Source: Methanobacteriota archaeon (GTDB lineage Archaea > Thermoplasmatota > Poseidoniia > Poseidoniales > Poseidoniaceae). From it: a stretch of 59,527 bases of DNA. The notes beneath the pieces were generated by a model, which saw nothing but the letters and a program-made list of their open reading frames with translations, was not told the DNA's origin and searched no databases. Location of the stretch: positions 1-59,527 of the forward strand of contig JAACDG010000072.1 of the NCBI GenBank assembly GCA_009937025.1, written 5' to 3'. Shown piece by piece: positions 41,549 to 50,350 of this stretch. Position 1 is the stretch's first letter; every line of letters starts with the position of its first letter. A program made the position numbers and the translations under genes.

Positions 41549-42754
41549 ATGTCAGAAGATAAGAAAGTAAAGAAGGAAGAACTCACTCAATGTGACGAGT
41601 GTTGTAGCAAAGAATTGAAGCGCGTGCCCGACAAAGGTGAAGTTTGGTGCTTAGATTGTGGCCTTGTTCACAAAGAACAACGCATTGAAGCAAACGATAA
41701 CGGCGCCGCCCTGTTTGGCGAAAACGCTCATTACCAATCAGTTCGAAACGATGGAGACATCAACCGCTCTATTGGCGGAACAGGCCCAAAGATGAAGTTT
41801 GGTTCCAAGGGTGTTCGCGACCGTCGCAAGTATCACTTGCTCGAAAAGATTGACCGAAGCTCAGTCCGTAACCCTCACCCATTTGCCCGACGCGTCAAAA
41901 AGAACACCGAAACACTGTATGGACGTAACACTCTGCACCTTCTTGAGTGGCTTATCGACATGGCTTGCAAGCCATTGACCGCTGAACAAGAATTGATTCG
42001 TAAGAAGCAAAACAAGTCAATGAACACTCGCTTGGGAATGCCAAAGCAATCCATCTGTCGAAAGGAGAAGGGTATCAAGGGCACTTCTGAAGAACAGAAT
42101 GCTGTCATTATTGCTGCCGCCATTGTCGAACTTGCTGGAGAACTTGGACTCATGCCAAAGTTCGACCGACGAGCAACCATGGAACAGGCTGGAATTGTTC
42201 CAAAGCAAATCATGAACGCTCGAATTCGTATCCTTCAACACTGGAAAGCACGCGTCTCCATGGGCTGGGCTGCTATGCCTCCTCGTAAGAGTGCAAACGA
42301 CCGCCGTGAAGATGCTATTGTACAAGCGATGGAGCATATATTCGACATGCTAGATGGACATCTTGAACGAGAAGACTTCGAGCGCGTACTGTATGAGACT
42401 GAAGCACGTCTAGCCCTTCTACAGGAAGGTACCGGTCAAGCATTGACCATCAATGTTGAAGAACGCATGTTAGTGTCCGTTTGCGTGTATGCCAGCCTTG
42501 TCACTTTTGGACTTCAATCCGGTGCTGCTGACCTTTTGGCAGATGTATTTGGATTAACAAGCAGCGGTATTCGTTCACGCTTCGACGCATTGGTCAAGCA
42601 GTCTGAATCTGGTGAATTACAAGACAACGGCGCTTTTGACATGAAGCAAACCTGTAAGGAATTGTTGAATGAGTCACAGAAGCAGAATGCTTTGATAGCC
42701 AAGTTCCGACTCGGAAGAGTATGCGGAAAGCGTCCCACCTCGTCGGAATCTTGA
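41549..42754 (+). CDS. Divergent transcription initiation factor IIB (TFB)-like protein
   Basis: Zn ribbon CDEC...GEVWCLDCGLV; two cyclin-fold-like segments (IIAAAIVELA...; LVSVCVYAS...LADVFGLTSSGIRSRF). Confidence 0.7.
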   Translation: MSEDKKVKKEELTQCDECCSKELKRVPDKGEVWCLDCGLVHKEQRIEANDNGAALFGENAHYQSVRNDGDINRSIGGTGPKMKFGSKGVRDRRKYHLLEKIDRSSVRNPHPFARRVKKNTETLYGRNTLHLLEWLIDMACKPLTAEQELIRKKQNKSMNTRLGMPKQSICRKEKGIKGTSEEQNAVIIAAAIVELAGELGLMPKFDRRATMEQAGIVPKQIMNARIRILQHWKARVSMGWAAMPPRKSANDRREDAIVQAMEHIFDMLDGHLEREDFERVLYETEARLALLQEGTGQALTINVEERMLVSVCVYASLVTFGLQSGAADLLADVFGLTSSGIRSRFDALVKQSESGELQDNGAFDMKQTCKELLNESQKQNALIAKFRLGRVCGKRPTSSES

Positions 42755-43635
42755 TTTTGGCTGCACTAAGTTCAACGGTCAGTGTTGCTGCGCCACCAAC
42801 TACAACCGATGCCGGTATGGTGTTTGGCGGCCAATGGTTTGAAGCAAATCAATCTGGGACGTCAACTGTGAATCTCAGTGATTTGTCTCCTGTTGTTGAA
42901 GTCTATACTGCAACCTGGTGTTCGAATTGTGTCGATGTCGAGCATGCTCTGGATGGTATCGAAAATGAAACTGGGATACAACAGTATCACATTCACCGAG
43001 CCATCAATGAAGGACAAGACCCGCTTGGAAGTATCGCCGTCGATCAAAGGTTCCATGACCGTTATGGCGTCATGGCGCCACCTGTCGTCGTATTCAATGG
43101 CTCGACAATGAAAGTCGGGAGCGTGACTGATGCTGCGTCCCTGGAAAGTGAATTCACTGGACTTGCACAGCAAAACACCGACATTTCAGGTACTTCGACG
43201 TTTGGTTGGAACATGACAAGCAACACAACAGGAGTCGCCACTTGGACTCTCGACCTTGGGAATCTCGGCCTTCCAGATGAAGGTTCACTGGTTGCCTATG
43301 CGTGGATTGTGGAGGATTCTGCGAACTTCGAAGAAGGTACAAATGGACTTGAAGATTATCCGCATGTGGTCCGTGGCATTCTTGAACTGGGCGAAGTCAA
43401 TCATACTGCAAACTCAGCCCCTTCCTCGGGGACTTCAAGCATAACGCTCCCAGATGCTCATGATGGGAATGATTTGTCGGTTCACTTAATTTATCAATTC
43501 AATATTCCAGCCGATGTTGATGAGCCAGAAGTCCCTCCGTTGGTTGAAAGTGAGTCTGAAAGAGCTCTGCCTGCAATGTCGCTTGTTACGAGCCTCGGCA
43601 TCGTTCTTGGAGCGGCCTTGGTTCGTAGAGACTGA
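42721..43635 (+). CDS. Exported thioredoxin-fold (Omp28-like) protein with C-terminal anchor
   Basis: Signal peptide, VEVYTATWCSNC, PVVVFNG, YPHVVR, tail LPAMS-TM-RRD. Confidence 0.7.
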   Translation: MRKASHLVGILILAALSSTVSVAAPPTTTDAGMVFGGQWFEANQSGTSTVNLSDLSPVVEVYTATWCSNCVDVEHALDGIENETGIQQYHIHRAINEGQDPLGSIAVDQRFHDRYGVMAPPVVVFNGSTMKVGSVTDAASLESEFTGLAQQNTDISGTSTFGWNMTSNTTGVATWTLDLGNLGLPDEGSLVAYAWIVEDSANFEEGTNGLEDYPHVVRGILELGEVNHTANSAPSSGTSSITLPDAHDGNDLSVHLIYQFNIPADVDEPEVPPLVESESERALPAMSLVTSLGIVLGAALVRRD

Positions 43636-43637
43636 AA

Positions 43638-46013
43638 CTAAGGCACGAAGTCCTCAGGACCATTGCGATTGTTTCGATCGCGTAAATCTTGTTCAAGTTC
43701 CAATCTAAAGTTTGGCACTTCTCTCGGTGTTTGACACACTTGCAAATAATGCCACCACCATGGTGGTGAACCAGGCGCACCCAGTGTTTCCTGGGCACGA
43801 TTGAGCAAGAGTGTCAGGTCCCGCCGCGCATTGTTTCGAGGATGGTCTCTACGAACAAAAGCAAGAGCGTTTCCTTGGTGCCCTTGTTCAACATAGCCTA
43901 GCAGGGTTGCAAATCTACGAATTATTCGACGCTCTTGGGCGTTACGAATCGTGATGGCGAGATGACAGTTTTCGAAAGACAGAACAGTACCGTCAACAAC
44001 TCCCATTCTGAAAGTAGCCCCAATTGGGTGCATCATGAGCGCCTCCCAGATTCGTGGAAAGACCTCACAATGTCTTCGCTCCCCGTTCCTAATATCTCCA
44101 ATGGGGAGCCCATTCTGTTCCGGTTCTACATTTCGAGCCTGTATCCAATCTTCTCTACCCCGGAAGTGGTGGAAGAAGTTGTGAATATGATCTTCCCGTG
44201 TTTCAGAAGCGATTTCATTGAATGATTGATGCCATAATTCAATCAATTGAGGGTGAGGGGGGGCAGCGTCGGCTGCAAGCGCATGTTGAATCACGATGTC
44301 GGATTGACACCTTTGCGCTCCACCGCCATTATCTGCCTGCCATCGTCTTTGATTAAATGCTAAATTACGACGAAATAAATGTTCCATATGCCGGTTCGCG
44401 TTGAAAGGAGGGTTTTGCTCAATTCGTTGTGTGTTGCTGTGAGGCAACCAAGTTATTTCAGAGCCTCTTCCCAATATGTTGTTTGCTACGACTTCCTTGA
44501 ACGATTCAAGGGCCCTTGCATCGATGAGGCGGAGGTGTTTTTCAGTAGTTCTTTGTGGGAAGCCTAGAGGAGAAGAAAGCGCTACATGTTGCATAAGACT
44601 GTCAATTTCTGCTGACGTGTTTGTGTCATCAAGAAGCGTTAGAATCACCGATACAAGGGTGTCTCCTAGCGGAACTGCTGAATGGAAATTCCCATCATGG
44701 ATGCATATTGGATGTGTGCGCCGAGATTTGAGGCCATCACTAGCCTCGATAAGGAAAGGAGCACCATGAGCACCTCGGGCAATTCGAACATCGTAATAAT
44801 GCCCAAGGCGGCCGATGACTAAGATGTGTTCGTGATGGATGAAAACTCGGTCTGGATTTCCATCGATGACTTCGTGTAAGAATTGTATTGAGCGGCGCAA
44901 AGGTGCTGAAATTTGCGGAGTTTTAGATTTATGAGATGTCCAGTTGTATTGTAAAGCGTAGAGTAATTCGCCTGCTTTTGAAGTGAGTGGCGAATATGCG
45001 CTGGCAAGCATGAGGGCCCAAACCCCCGGTTCATCGGGAACGGCTGTTTTTCGAGAAGCGTTGTTTTTTGTGCGAACGATGATTTTGAATTTATTTCCAA
45101 CAATGGTGAATGGCCATGGCCGTTTCGTATCAAGTTGTAGACTTGGAACATAGGTATTCCAGCGACTAATCCAAGGATATTCATGGAGGTTTTCGAGGTT
45201 TGAAGGCGGGCGCTTGAATGCTTCACGAATCAATCCATCGAATTTTGAGCGGTCTGGCGTTCCGAGTTGGTTTCGGACATCACGTGCCCAAATACTCAGT
45301 GGATTCGACAAATAGTTTTCTGGAGCGGTGAGGTGTTCTTCAGCCATCCATTCAATCCAAGTAAACAAGGATGAAACTCCAGGTTTGTCGAGTGAATTAT
45401 TCACTCTGCCGCGGCGCATTTGTCTGCGGAGTATACGAGGAGGTAGGCGTGGTTCGACACCGTCGGTTTTCAAGGAGCCAAATGCGACAAATATCTTCGT
45501 TAAATCCCATCCAAGCCGAGTTTTTTTAGAAGAGAGGACATTGAGTAAAGACACGATTGGGACCTGCGCCGGCATTGTCCGCCCATTTACCAACAGGCGC
45601 CCTCCCATGATGGAAATTTGAACGCCGTCATGAAGAATAAAGCCGCAATGAAGGTGGATGCGTTGTGTGTTGTTGAGGCGAACGCCGTCTGAAATCCGTT
45701 GAATGATTTCCTTCAATTCATCGCCGGTACAAGGAGAAGAAATGACTGGATCAAGTGTGTCATCTGGTAATCTCGCCCACTGTACATCTGCGTGTTCAAA
45801 GGTAGTCTTTTGCAAGTGTTTCCAACGTTGCTGAGATGTTTGGTTTGGTCCGCCGAGAAGTTCTTGTGAATACAAATGATTCGATTCATCAACTTCATGT
45901 GTCCATTTCTGTCCCCTTTTTGACACCGTCAACGAATTACACAACCGGCAGGGGTTTGATGGCGCTTGATGGTCGCAAATTGAACAAAAGTTATTGCGAG
46001 AGTTGCTAGCCAT
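43638..46013 (-). CDS. Hypothetical protein with N-terminal Zn-finger and a central segment resembling the C-terminal region of DUF4132-type proteins
   Basis: CSIC...CRLC; ILVIGRLGHYYDVRI...ICIHD...PLGDTLVSVILTLLDD; TTATATAT box about 25 bp upstream supports start 46013. Confidence 0.6.
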   Translation of the reverse strand: MASNSRNNFCSICDHQAPSNPCRLCNSLTVSKRGQKWTHEVDESNHLYSQELLGGPNQTSQQRWKHLQKTTFEHADVQWARLPDDTLDPVISSPCTGDELKEIIQRISDGVRLNNTQRIHLHCGFILHDGVQISIMGGRLLVNGRTMPAQVPIVSLLNVLSSKKTRLGWDLTKIFVAFGSLKTDGVEPRLPPRILRRQMRRGRVNNSLDKPGVSSLFTWIEWMAEEHLTAPENYLSNPLSIWARDVRNQLGTPDRSKFDGLIREAFKRPPSNLENLHEYPWISRWNTYVPSLQLDTKRPWPFTIVGNKFKIIVRTKNNASRKTAVPDEPGVWALMLASAYSPLTSKAGELLYALQYNWTSHKSKTPQISAPLRRSIQFLHEVIDGNPDRVFIHHEHILVIGRLGHYYDVRIARGAHGAPFLIEASDGLKSRRTHPICIHDGNFHSAVPLGDTLVSVILTLLDDTNTSAEIDSLMQHVALSSPLGFPQRTTEKHLRLIDARALESFKEVVANNILGRGSEITWLPHSNTQRIEQNPPFNANRHMEHLFRRNLAFNQRRWQADNGGGAQRCQSDIVIQHALAADAAPPHPQLIELWHQSFNEIASETREDHIHNFFHHFRGREDWIQARNVEPEQNGLPIGDIRNGERRHCEVFPRIWEALMMHPIGATFRMGVVDGTVLSFENCHLAITIRNAQERRIIRRFATLLGYVEQGHQGNALAFVRRDHPRNNARRDLTLLLNRAQETLGAPGSPPWWWHYLQVCQTPREVPNFRLELEQDLRDRNNRNGPEDFVP

Positions 46014-46044
46014 ACGATGTTTTTTCATCGAGGATATATAAGTC

Positions 46045-47085
46045 TCACAAAGTGGAAAAGGCAGCGAGTATTCTCTGAATATCTTCATCGGTAATGTGGA
46101 GATGAACGACGATGCGGCAAGCATGTGGTTGAATGTCCATAACATCGATTCCGGAATTCTTCAGTTGTTCCATAACATGTGTAGCTGGAACTTCTGATTG
46201 AAAATACACCATGTTTGTTTCAACCGTCTGCATATCAACGTCAAATCCGTCGATTTCATTGATTGCTTCTGCCAACACCTTCGCCCTCTTGTGGTCCTCT
46301 TCAAGCCGTTGAATGTTATTGTCAAGTGCATACAAACATGCCGCAGCGAGAATGCCTGCTTGACGCATGCCTCCACCAAACATCTTCCTCCAACGATGTG
46401 CTCGTGCAATGAACGCTTTTGAGCCGACAAGAACTGAACCAACTGGGGCCCCGAGTCCTTTTGAAAAGCAAATGGAAACCGAATCATAATCTCGTACCAT
46501 TCGGTCAACTGGAGTTTGTGTGGCTATTGCGGCATTGAATATTCGAGCGCCGTCCATATGTGTTGCACAATCGTTTGCTTTGGCAAGAGCAGCAATCTCG
46601 TCCAACGTTTCCTGAGGATAGCAAGCCCCGCCACCTCTGTTGGAGGTGTTTTCAACACAAACAAGTGAACCATCGGGGTAATGCGATAGAGAGCCTGCCT
46701 GTTTACGGATGGCCTGTTCTACATCTTCCACTCGCATCAAGCCACCATGGGCATCAACCAAGGCAATTGATGCGCCGCATAAGGCGGCATAACCTCCACC
46801 TTCGTAGAGATAAATATGGCTGTTTTTAGCAGTGATAATTTCATCACCAGGTGAGGTATGAGCGCGAAGGGCAATAGCATTCGACATCGTCCCAGAAGGT
46901 ACAAACAAGCCTGCTTCCTTCCCACACATTGCCGCTAAGCGCTGTTCCAAGAGGGTAACCGTCACATCGTCTCCAAGTACGTCATCGCCTACAACAGCGC
47001 TGTTCATCGCTTCACGCATCGGCGGCGTCGGTTGGGTGACGGTGTCTGAACGAAGGTCAACACGGTCTGAAGGATAATCACGCAT
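46045..47085 (-). CDS. ltaE: Low-specificity L-threonine aldolase
   Basis: [49 protein letters not shown]. Confidence 0.95.
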   Translation of the reverse strand: MRDYPSDRVDLRSDTVTQPTPPMREAMNSAVVGDDVLGDDVTVTLLEQRLAAMCGKEAGLFVPSGTMSNAIALRAHTSPGDEIITAKNSHIYLYEGGGYAALCGASIALVDAHGGLMRVEDVEQAIRKQAGSLSHYPDGSLVCVENTSNRGGGACYPQETLDEIAALAKANDCATHMDGARIFNAAIATQTPVDRMVRDYDSVSICFSKGLGAPVGSVLVGSKAFIARAHRWRKMFGGGMRQAGILAAACLYALDNNIQRLEEDHKRAKVLAEAINEIDGFDVDMQTVETNMVYFQSEVPATHVMEQLKNSGIDVMDIQPHACRIVVHLHITDEDIQRILAAFSTL

Positions 47086-47129
47086 GCCACTCGCAAAGCG
47101 TCTCTATTCATCAAATCGATGGATTCGTA

Positions 47130-47546
47130 TTAGAGTAATTTCAATTCGCCGGTGATATGCTCAAGTTCTGATTCTGTAGCGGGACCGAGTGCCAAAACAG
47201 TAAGTGACCCGCTTGGAATTTGAGTGTGCCCCGCATCACGAACAATCGTTGTCGGAATTCCAGCTGCTTTCGCTTGCTTTTCAAGAGCGAGGAGGTGTTC
47301 AGCGTCCTGTCCTTTGAGGCAGACTTTCTTTTGCCCAGTGGCCAACCATTGTTCAAGATGCAATGGTTTCTCTGCTCCTGCCTTCATTGTAGCCATAACG
47401 GCTCCATGTCCGACTTGTGCTGCTATCTTGCCTTTGCCCATCTTCAATCCCTGATTGACTATGCCGACCATTTTACAAGGGCCTAACGGGCGCTCTCCTG
47501 AAAGAACTGGTGCGGTAATTCGATGCAAAAAAGAACGGAAACCCAT
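47130..47546 (-). CDS. pth2: Peptidyl-tRNA hydrolase Pth2
   Basis: LKMGKGKIAAQVGH, GQKKVCLK, DAGHTQIPSGSLTVLALGP, TGELKLL. Confidence 0.93.
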   Translation of the reverse strand: MGFRSFLHRITAPVLSGERPLGPCKMVGIVNQGLKMGKGKIAAQVGHGAVMATMKAGAEKPLHLEQWLATGQKKVCLKGQDAEHLLALEKQAKAAGIPTTIVRDAGHTQIPSGSLTVLALGPATESELEHITGELKLL

Positions 47547-47554
47547 GCAACCAC

Positions 47555-47929
47555 CTAATACGGTTTCAATTCTGAAACAAGAGCATCAATTGCTCGCCGA
47601 GGTGCAGGGCCAATACCGAGCACTGTTATCGTTCCAGGAGGTACTTCTGTATGAGCTGCATCTTTCACCAGATAAGTGACAAGACCTGCAACTTGAGCCT
47701 GCCCGGCAAGACGTTGTAATGTTGCCAAATCATCTGCACGAAGGCATATTTTTCGAGCACCAGCGTTTCGCCAACGTTCAACAAGACGTGCATGTGTTTT
47801 TCGAGCATTCATTGTGCAAGATACCGCAGCATGAGAACATTGAACTGCAAGTTTCCCTGCAGACATTTTCAAATCATGGCGGGCGATAAAAACCATCGAG
47901 GGCTCATCAACCGTCGATACCATGGCCAT
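47555..47929 (-). CDS. pth2: Peptidyl-tRNA hydrolase Pth2, second tandem paralogue
   Basis: RHDLKMSAGKLAVQCSHA, KICL, DAAHTEVPPGTITVLGIGP, LKPY. Confidence 0.9.
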   Translation of the reverse strand: MAMVSTVDEPSMVFIARHDLKMSAGKLAVQCSHAAVSCTMNARKTHARLVERWRNAGARKICLRADDLATLQRLAGQAQVAGLVTYLVKDAAHTEVPPGTITVLGIGPAPRRAIDALVSELKPY

Positions 47930-47948
47930 TCACCACCGCAAATTCGAT

Positions 47949-48578
47949 TTATTCAAGCGTTGGTTCTTCTTGAAGCAAACCAGAGAACCAGCTGCCCATC
48001 CAAACGACAAAGACGAAGTTACCTACCATGTGAAGGAAGTCAAACGGTAATCCATGAACCAAATACGTGATGAATTCAGTAATGCCAATTGTACCATCAA
48101 GGATAGAGAACGAGACGACCAAATCAAACCAAAATGCTGCAACGAGGGAGGCGATACACGCTCTTCGGAGATTCAAGCCTGAAGATGTCACAAGGGACAA
48201 ACGGGAGCCTGCAAAAGCAATACTCGCCCATCCTGCTGCTTGGAAAAGCGTCCACCAACCGTCGCCGATGAAGAAATTCGAAATCATAGCAACGAGTACT
48301 GCAAAGGCTGCACCACGTCGAGCACCGAGTTGGGCACCGACCAAGAGTGCGGCCACGGTAACCGGTTGCACATTGGGGAGCGGTTGCATGACGACTCGAA
48401 GTAAAGAGACTGAGAGAACAAGACTCATCAGGAATAAAGAATCAAAAATTGGACGCTTGGTTGGCTTGGCCAAGAGCCAAAAAGCACAACCCAACAAAAC
48501 GACGTCCATGAGCAGAGCCGCAAGGGGTGAAAGAGCGGGACCGTGTACGCCCATTGCTTGGAACATGATTCGACCCAA
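47949..48578 (-). CDS. ECF transporter S component, CbrT (cobalamin)-like
   Basis: RVVMQPLPNVQPVT, SNFFIGDGWWTLFQ..GW, GLPFDFLHMVGN; start may be 48566. Confidence 0.8.
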   Translation of the reverse strand: MGRIMFQAMGVHGPALSPLAALLMDVVLLGCAFWLLAKPTKRPIFDSLFLMSLVLSVSLLRVVMQPLPNVQPVTVAALLVGAQLGARRGAAFAVLVAMISNFFIGDGWWTLFQAAGWASIAFAGSRLSLVTSSGLNLRRACIASLVAAFWFDLVVSFSILDGTIGITEFITYLVHGLPFDFLHMVGNFVFVVWMGSWFSGLLQEEPTLE

Positions 48579-48607
48579 GAGGGTTGATGATTTGAGGCTT
48601 ACCTAAG

Positions 48608-50350
48608 TTATACAGGAGACCAACGGACTATTGAGGCTGATTCAATTTTTGATTGGTCAGAAGAAACGACGCCTTTAGAGCCATCGACAGCAAATACCCA
48701 GCCTTCTGCTTCAACCCCATCAATCGAGTCGACATACATGCCGAGTTCTGTTGATGAACTGGAAAGTTCAAAGCCGAACTCGTTACAAGCCGCTTGAGTC
48801 AAAGAAAAGACCGTTTCATGGCCCACGAAGCCTCCAAGAACGTGTTCTTCGCCATCGATTTCAATAATTACGATTTGTGTACCTAGCCATGTATCTGGCC
48901 ATTGTTCATTCCATTCTTCAGAAGCCGAAGTCTCAGGGAATTTTTCATCAAATGTTTGAGACCATTGTGTCGATAAATCCGGGACGATAAGTACGCATAG
49001 AATGAGAATGAATAAACTGAACATTCTAACAAACCATTCTTTTTTGCCATTCAAAAGAGACACTGTGGATGAACCAAGCAAGAGATACATGACAAAAACA
49101 AGGCCTTGTACACTCGAACTAAATTCATGATTCGGAGACGATTCATGATTTGGAGACGATTGATTATTTGGAGGTGATTCATTATTCGGGGGCAATTCAT
49201 TTGTAGCATCTTCGCTGTAAACTCGAAGTACTCCGTGGTCATTTCCAAATGCGGTAAACAACACGCCCCCAACAATATACTGGAGCGGTGCTGCGGTACC
49301 ATAACCTTGAATGCCAACATCAAGAGATTGGACGGTGAGGTTTTCTCGCCCATCGAAAGTGAAAAGGCCCCATGTTGAATCAAATGTATTCGATGGTGCG
49401 TATATCATTCCATTTTCATACCATCCTATTTCCCCATTGGTGTGAAAGGGAACTTCGTCAAGAATTTCACATTCAGTTGAACAGATGAAGATTCGAACCG
49501 CGGAGGAGTCGCCGGTCAGAACATAATCTCCTTGCAAACTCGGAAGAGCGGGCGATGGGCCTGTCGGAAACTGCTGCAGGACATGCCCATCATTCGGTTC
49601 AACAATGGCGATGAGGCCGCTTGAATCTTGTTGAGCATGAAGAAAAATTCCGGCATCGGTGAGCAAAGGCGCATGACGGATTTTCCCAAGTTGGAGGTCA
49701 TATGAAGTCGCCATACCTGTACGATTTACATGCCAAAGTTGGCCTGATTCATCACCGATGAAATATCCTGTGTCGTCAACAGCAACCCCATTCCTCCAAC
49801 CAAGTCCGGTTTCAGTCCACCATTGTTGTTGACCATCTGCAAGACAATATTGACCAATTCCTTGGCGCGTTGGAACAATGACAAATTCGCCATCGAGAGC
49901 GAGTTGGCCGGTCACGCCCCATCCAATAACTTCGGTTTGTATCGACCAAAGTACTTCACCATTCGAAGGGTTGAGTGCTTCAATCACTCCATTGGTCCAC
50001 CCGACTAATATCATCTCAGGCCACATTCCACATTCACCTTCACCGGGTTGGACAAGAAGCAATGGCGACATGTCATTATTAGTTGAAGCGGGGTTCAAAC
50101 GTTGCCATGTTTTGTTTCCATTTGTATCAAATGCGGTAACTGCTGGTTCGCTGTTTCCGGATGTACGAACAACAATTTGCTCGTCAGCGAACAAAGGTGA
50201 AGTCGAAATATAGCCTGTTTCAAAGTCATATTCCCAAGCGAGAGCATGAGAATCATTCCAGGGGTTTGTCGTTTCTTGAGCAAGAAGTGTTGGCACAAGA
50301 AGAAGGCTGATGAACAGCAACGCCATCAAGCGTCGAAACACTTTGATCAC
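48608..50350 (-). CDS. PQQ/BamB-like beta-propeller + two TM + DUF4430 (transcobalamin C-terminal-like) protein
   Basis: Signal peptide; propeller repeats (ALNPSNGEVLWS, LADGQQQWW); two TM; GMYVDSIDG..GWVFAVDG...IVRW. Confidence 0.72.
   Translation of the reverse strand: MIKVFRRLMALLFISLLLVPTLLAQETTNPWNDSHALAWEYDFETGYISTSPLFADEQIVVRTSGNSEPAVTAFDTNGNKTWQRLNPASTNNDMSPLLLVQPGEGECGMWPEMILVGWTNGVIEALNPSNGEVLWSIQTEVIGWGVTGQLALDGEFVIVPTRQGIGQYCLADGQQQWWTETGLGWRNGVAVDDTGYFIGDESGQLWHVNRTGMATSYDLQLGKIRHAPLLTDAGIFLHAQQDSSGLIAIVEPNDGHVLQQFPTGPSPALPSLQGDYVLTGDSSAVRIFICSTECEILDEVPFHTNGEIGWYENGMIYAPSNTFDSTWGLFTFDGRENLTVQSLDVGIQGYGTAAPLQYIVGGVLFTAFGNDHGVLRVYSEDATNELPPNNESPPNNQSSPNHESSPNHEFSSSVQGLVFVMYLLLGSSTVSLLNGKKEWFVRMFSLFILILCVLIVPDLSTQWSQTFDEKFPETSASEEWNEQWPDTWLGTQIVIIEIDGEEHVLGGFVGHETVFSLTQAACNEFGFELSSSSTELGMYVDSIDGVEAEGWVFAVDGSKGVVSSDQSKIESASIVRWSPV
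49123..49194. repeat. Four degenerate 18-bp tandem repeats encoding a P/N/S/E linker
   Basis: ATTCATGATTCGGAGACG / ATTCATGATTTGGAGACG / ATTGATTATTTGGAGGTG / ATTCATTATTCGGGGGCA. Confidence 0.85.

Noticed and set aside
43638..47557. Genome-wide reassignment of TAG (Trp or pyrrolysine)
   Set aside because: TAG ends the Pth2 paralogue at the family's normal C-terminus (47555-47557) and ends the 43638 gene 2 bp from a convergent gene; TGG is used freely; no pyl genes are in the window
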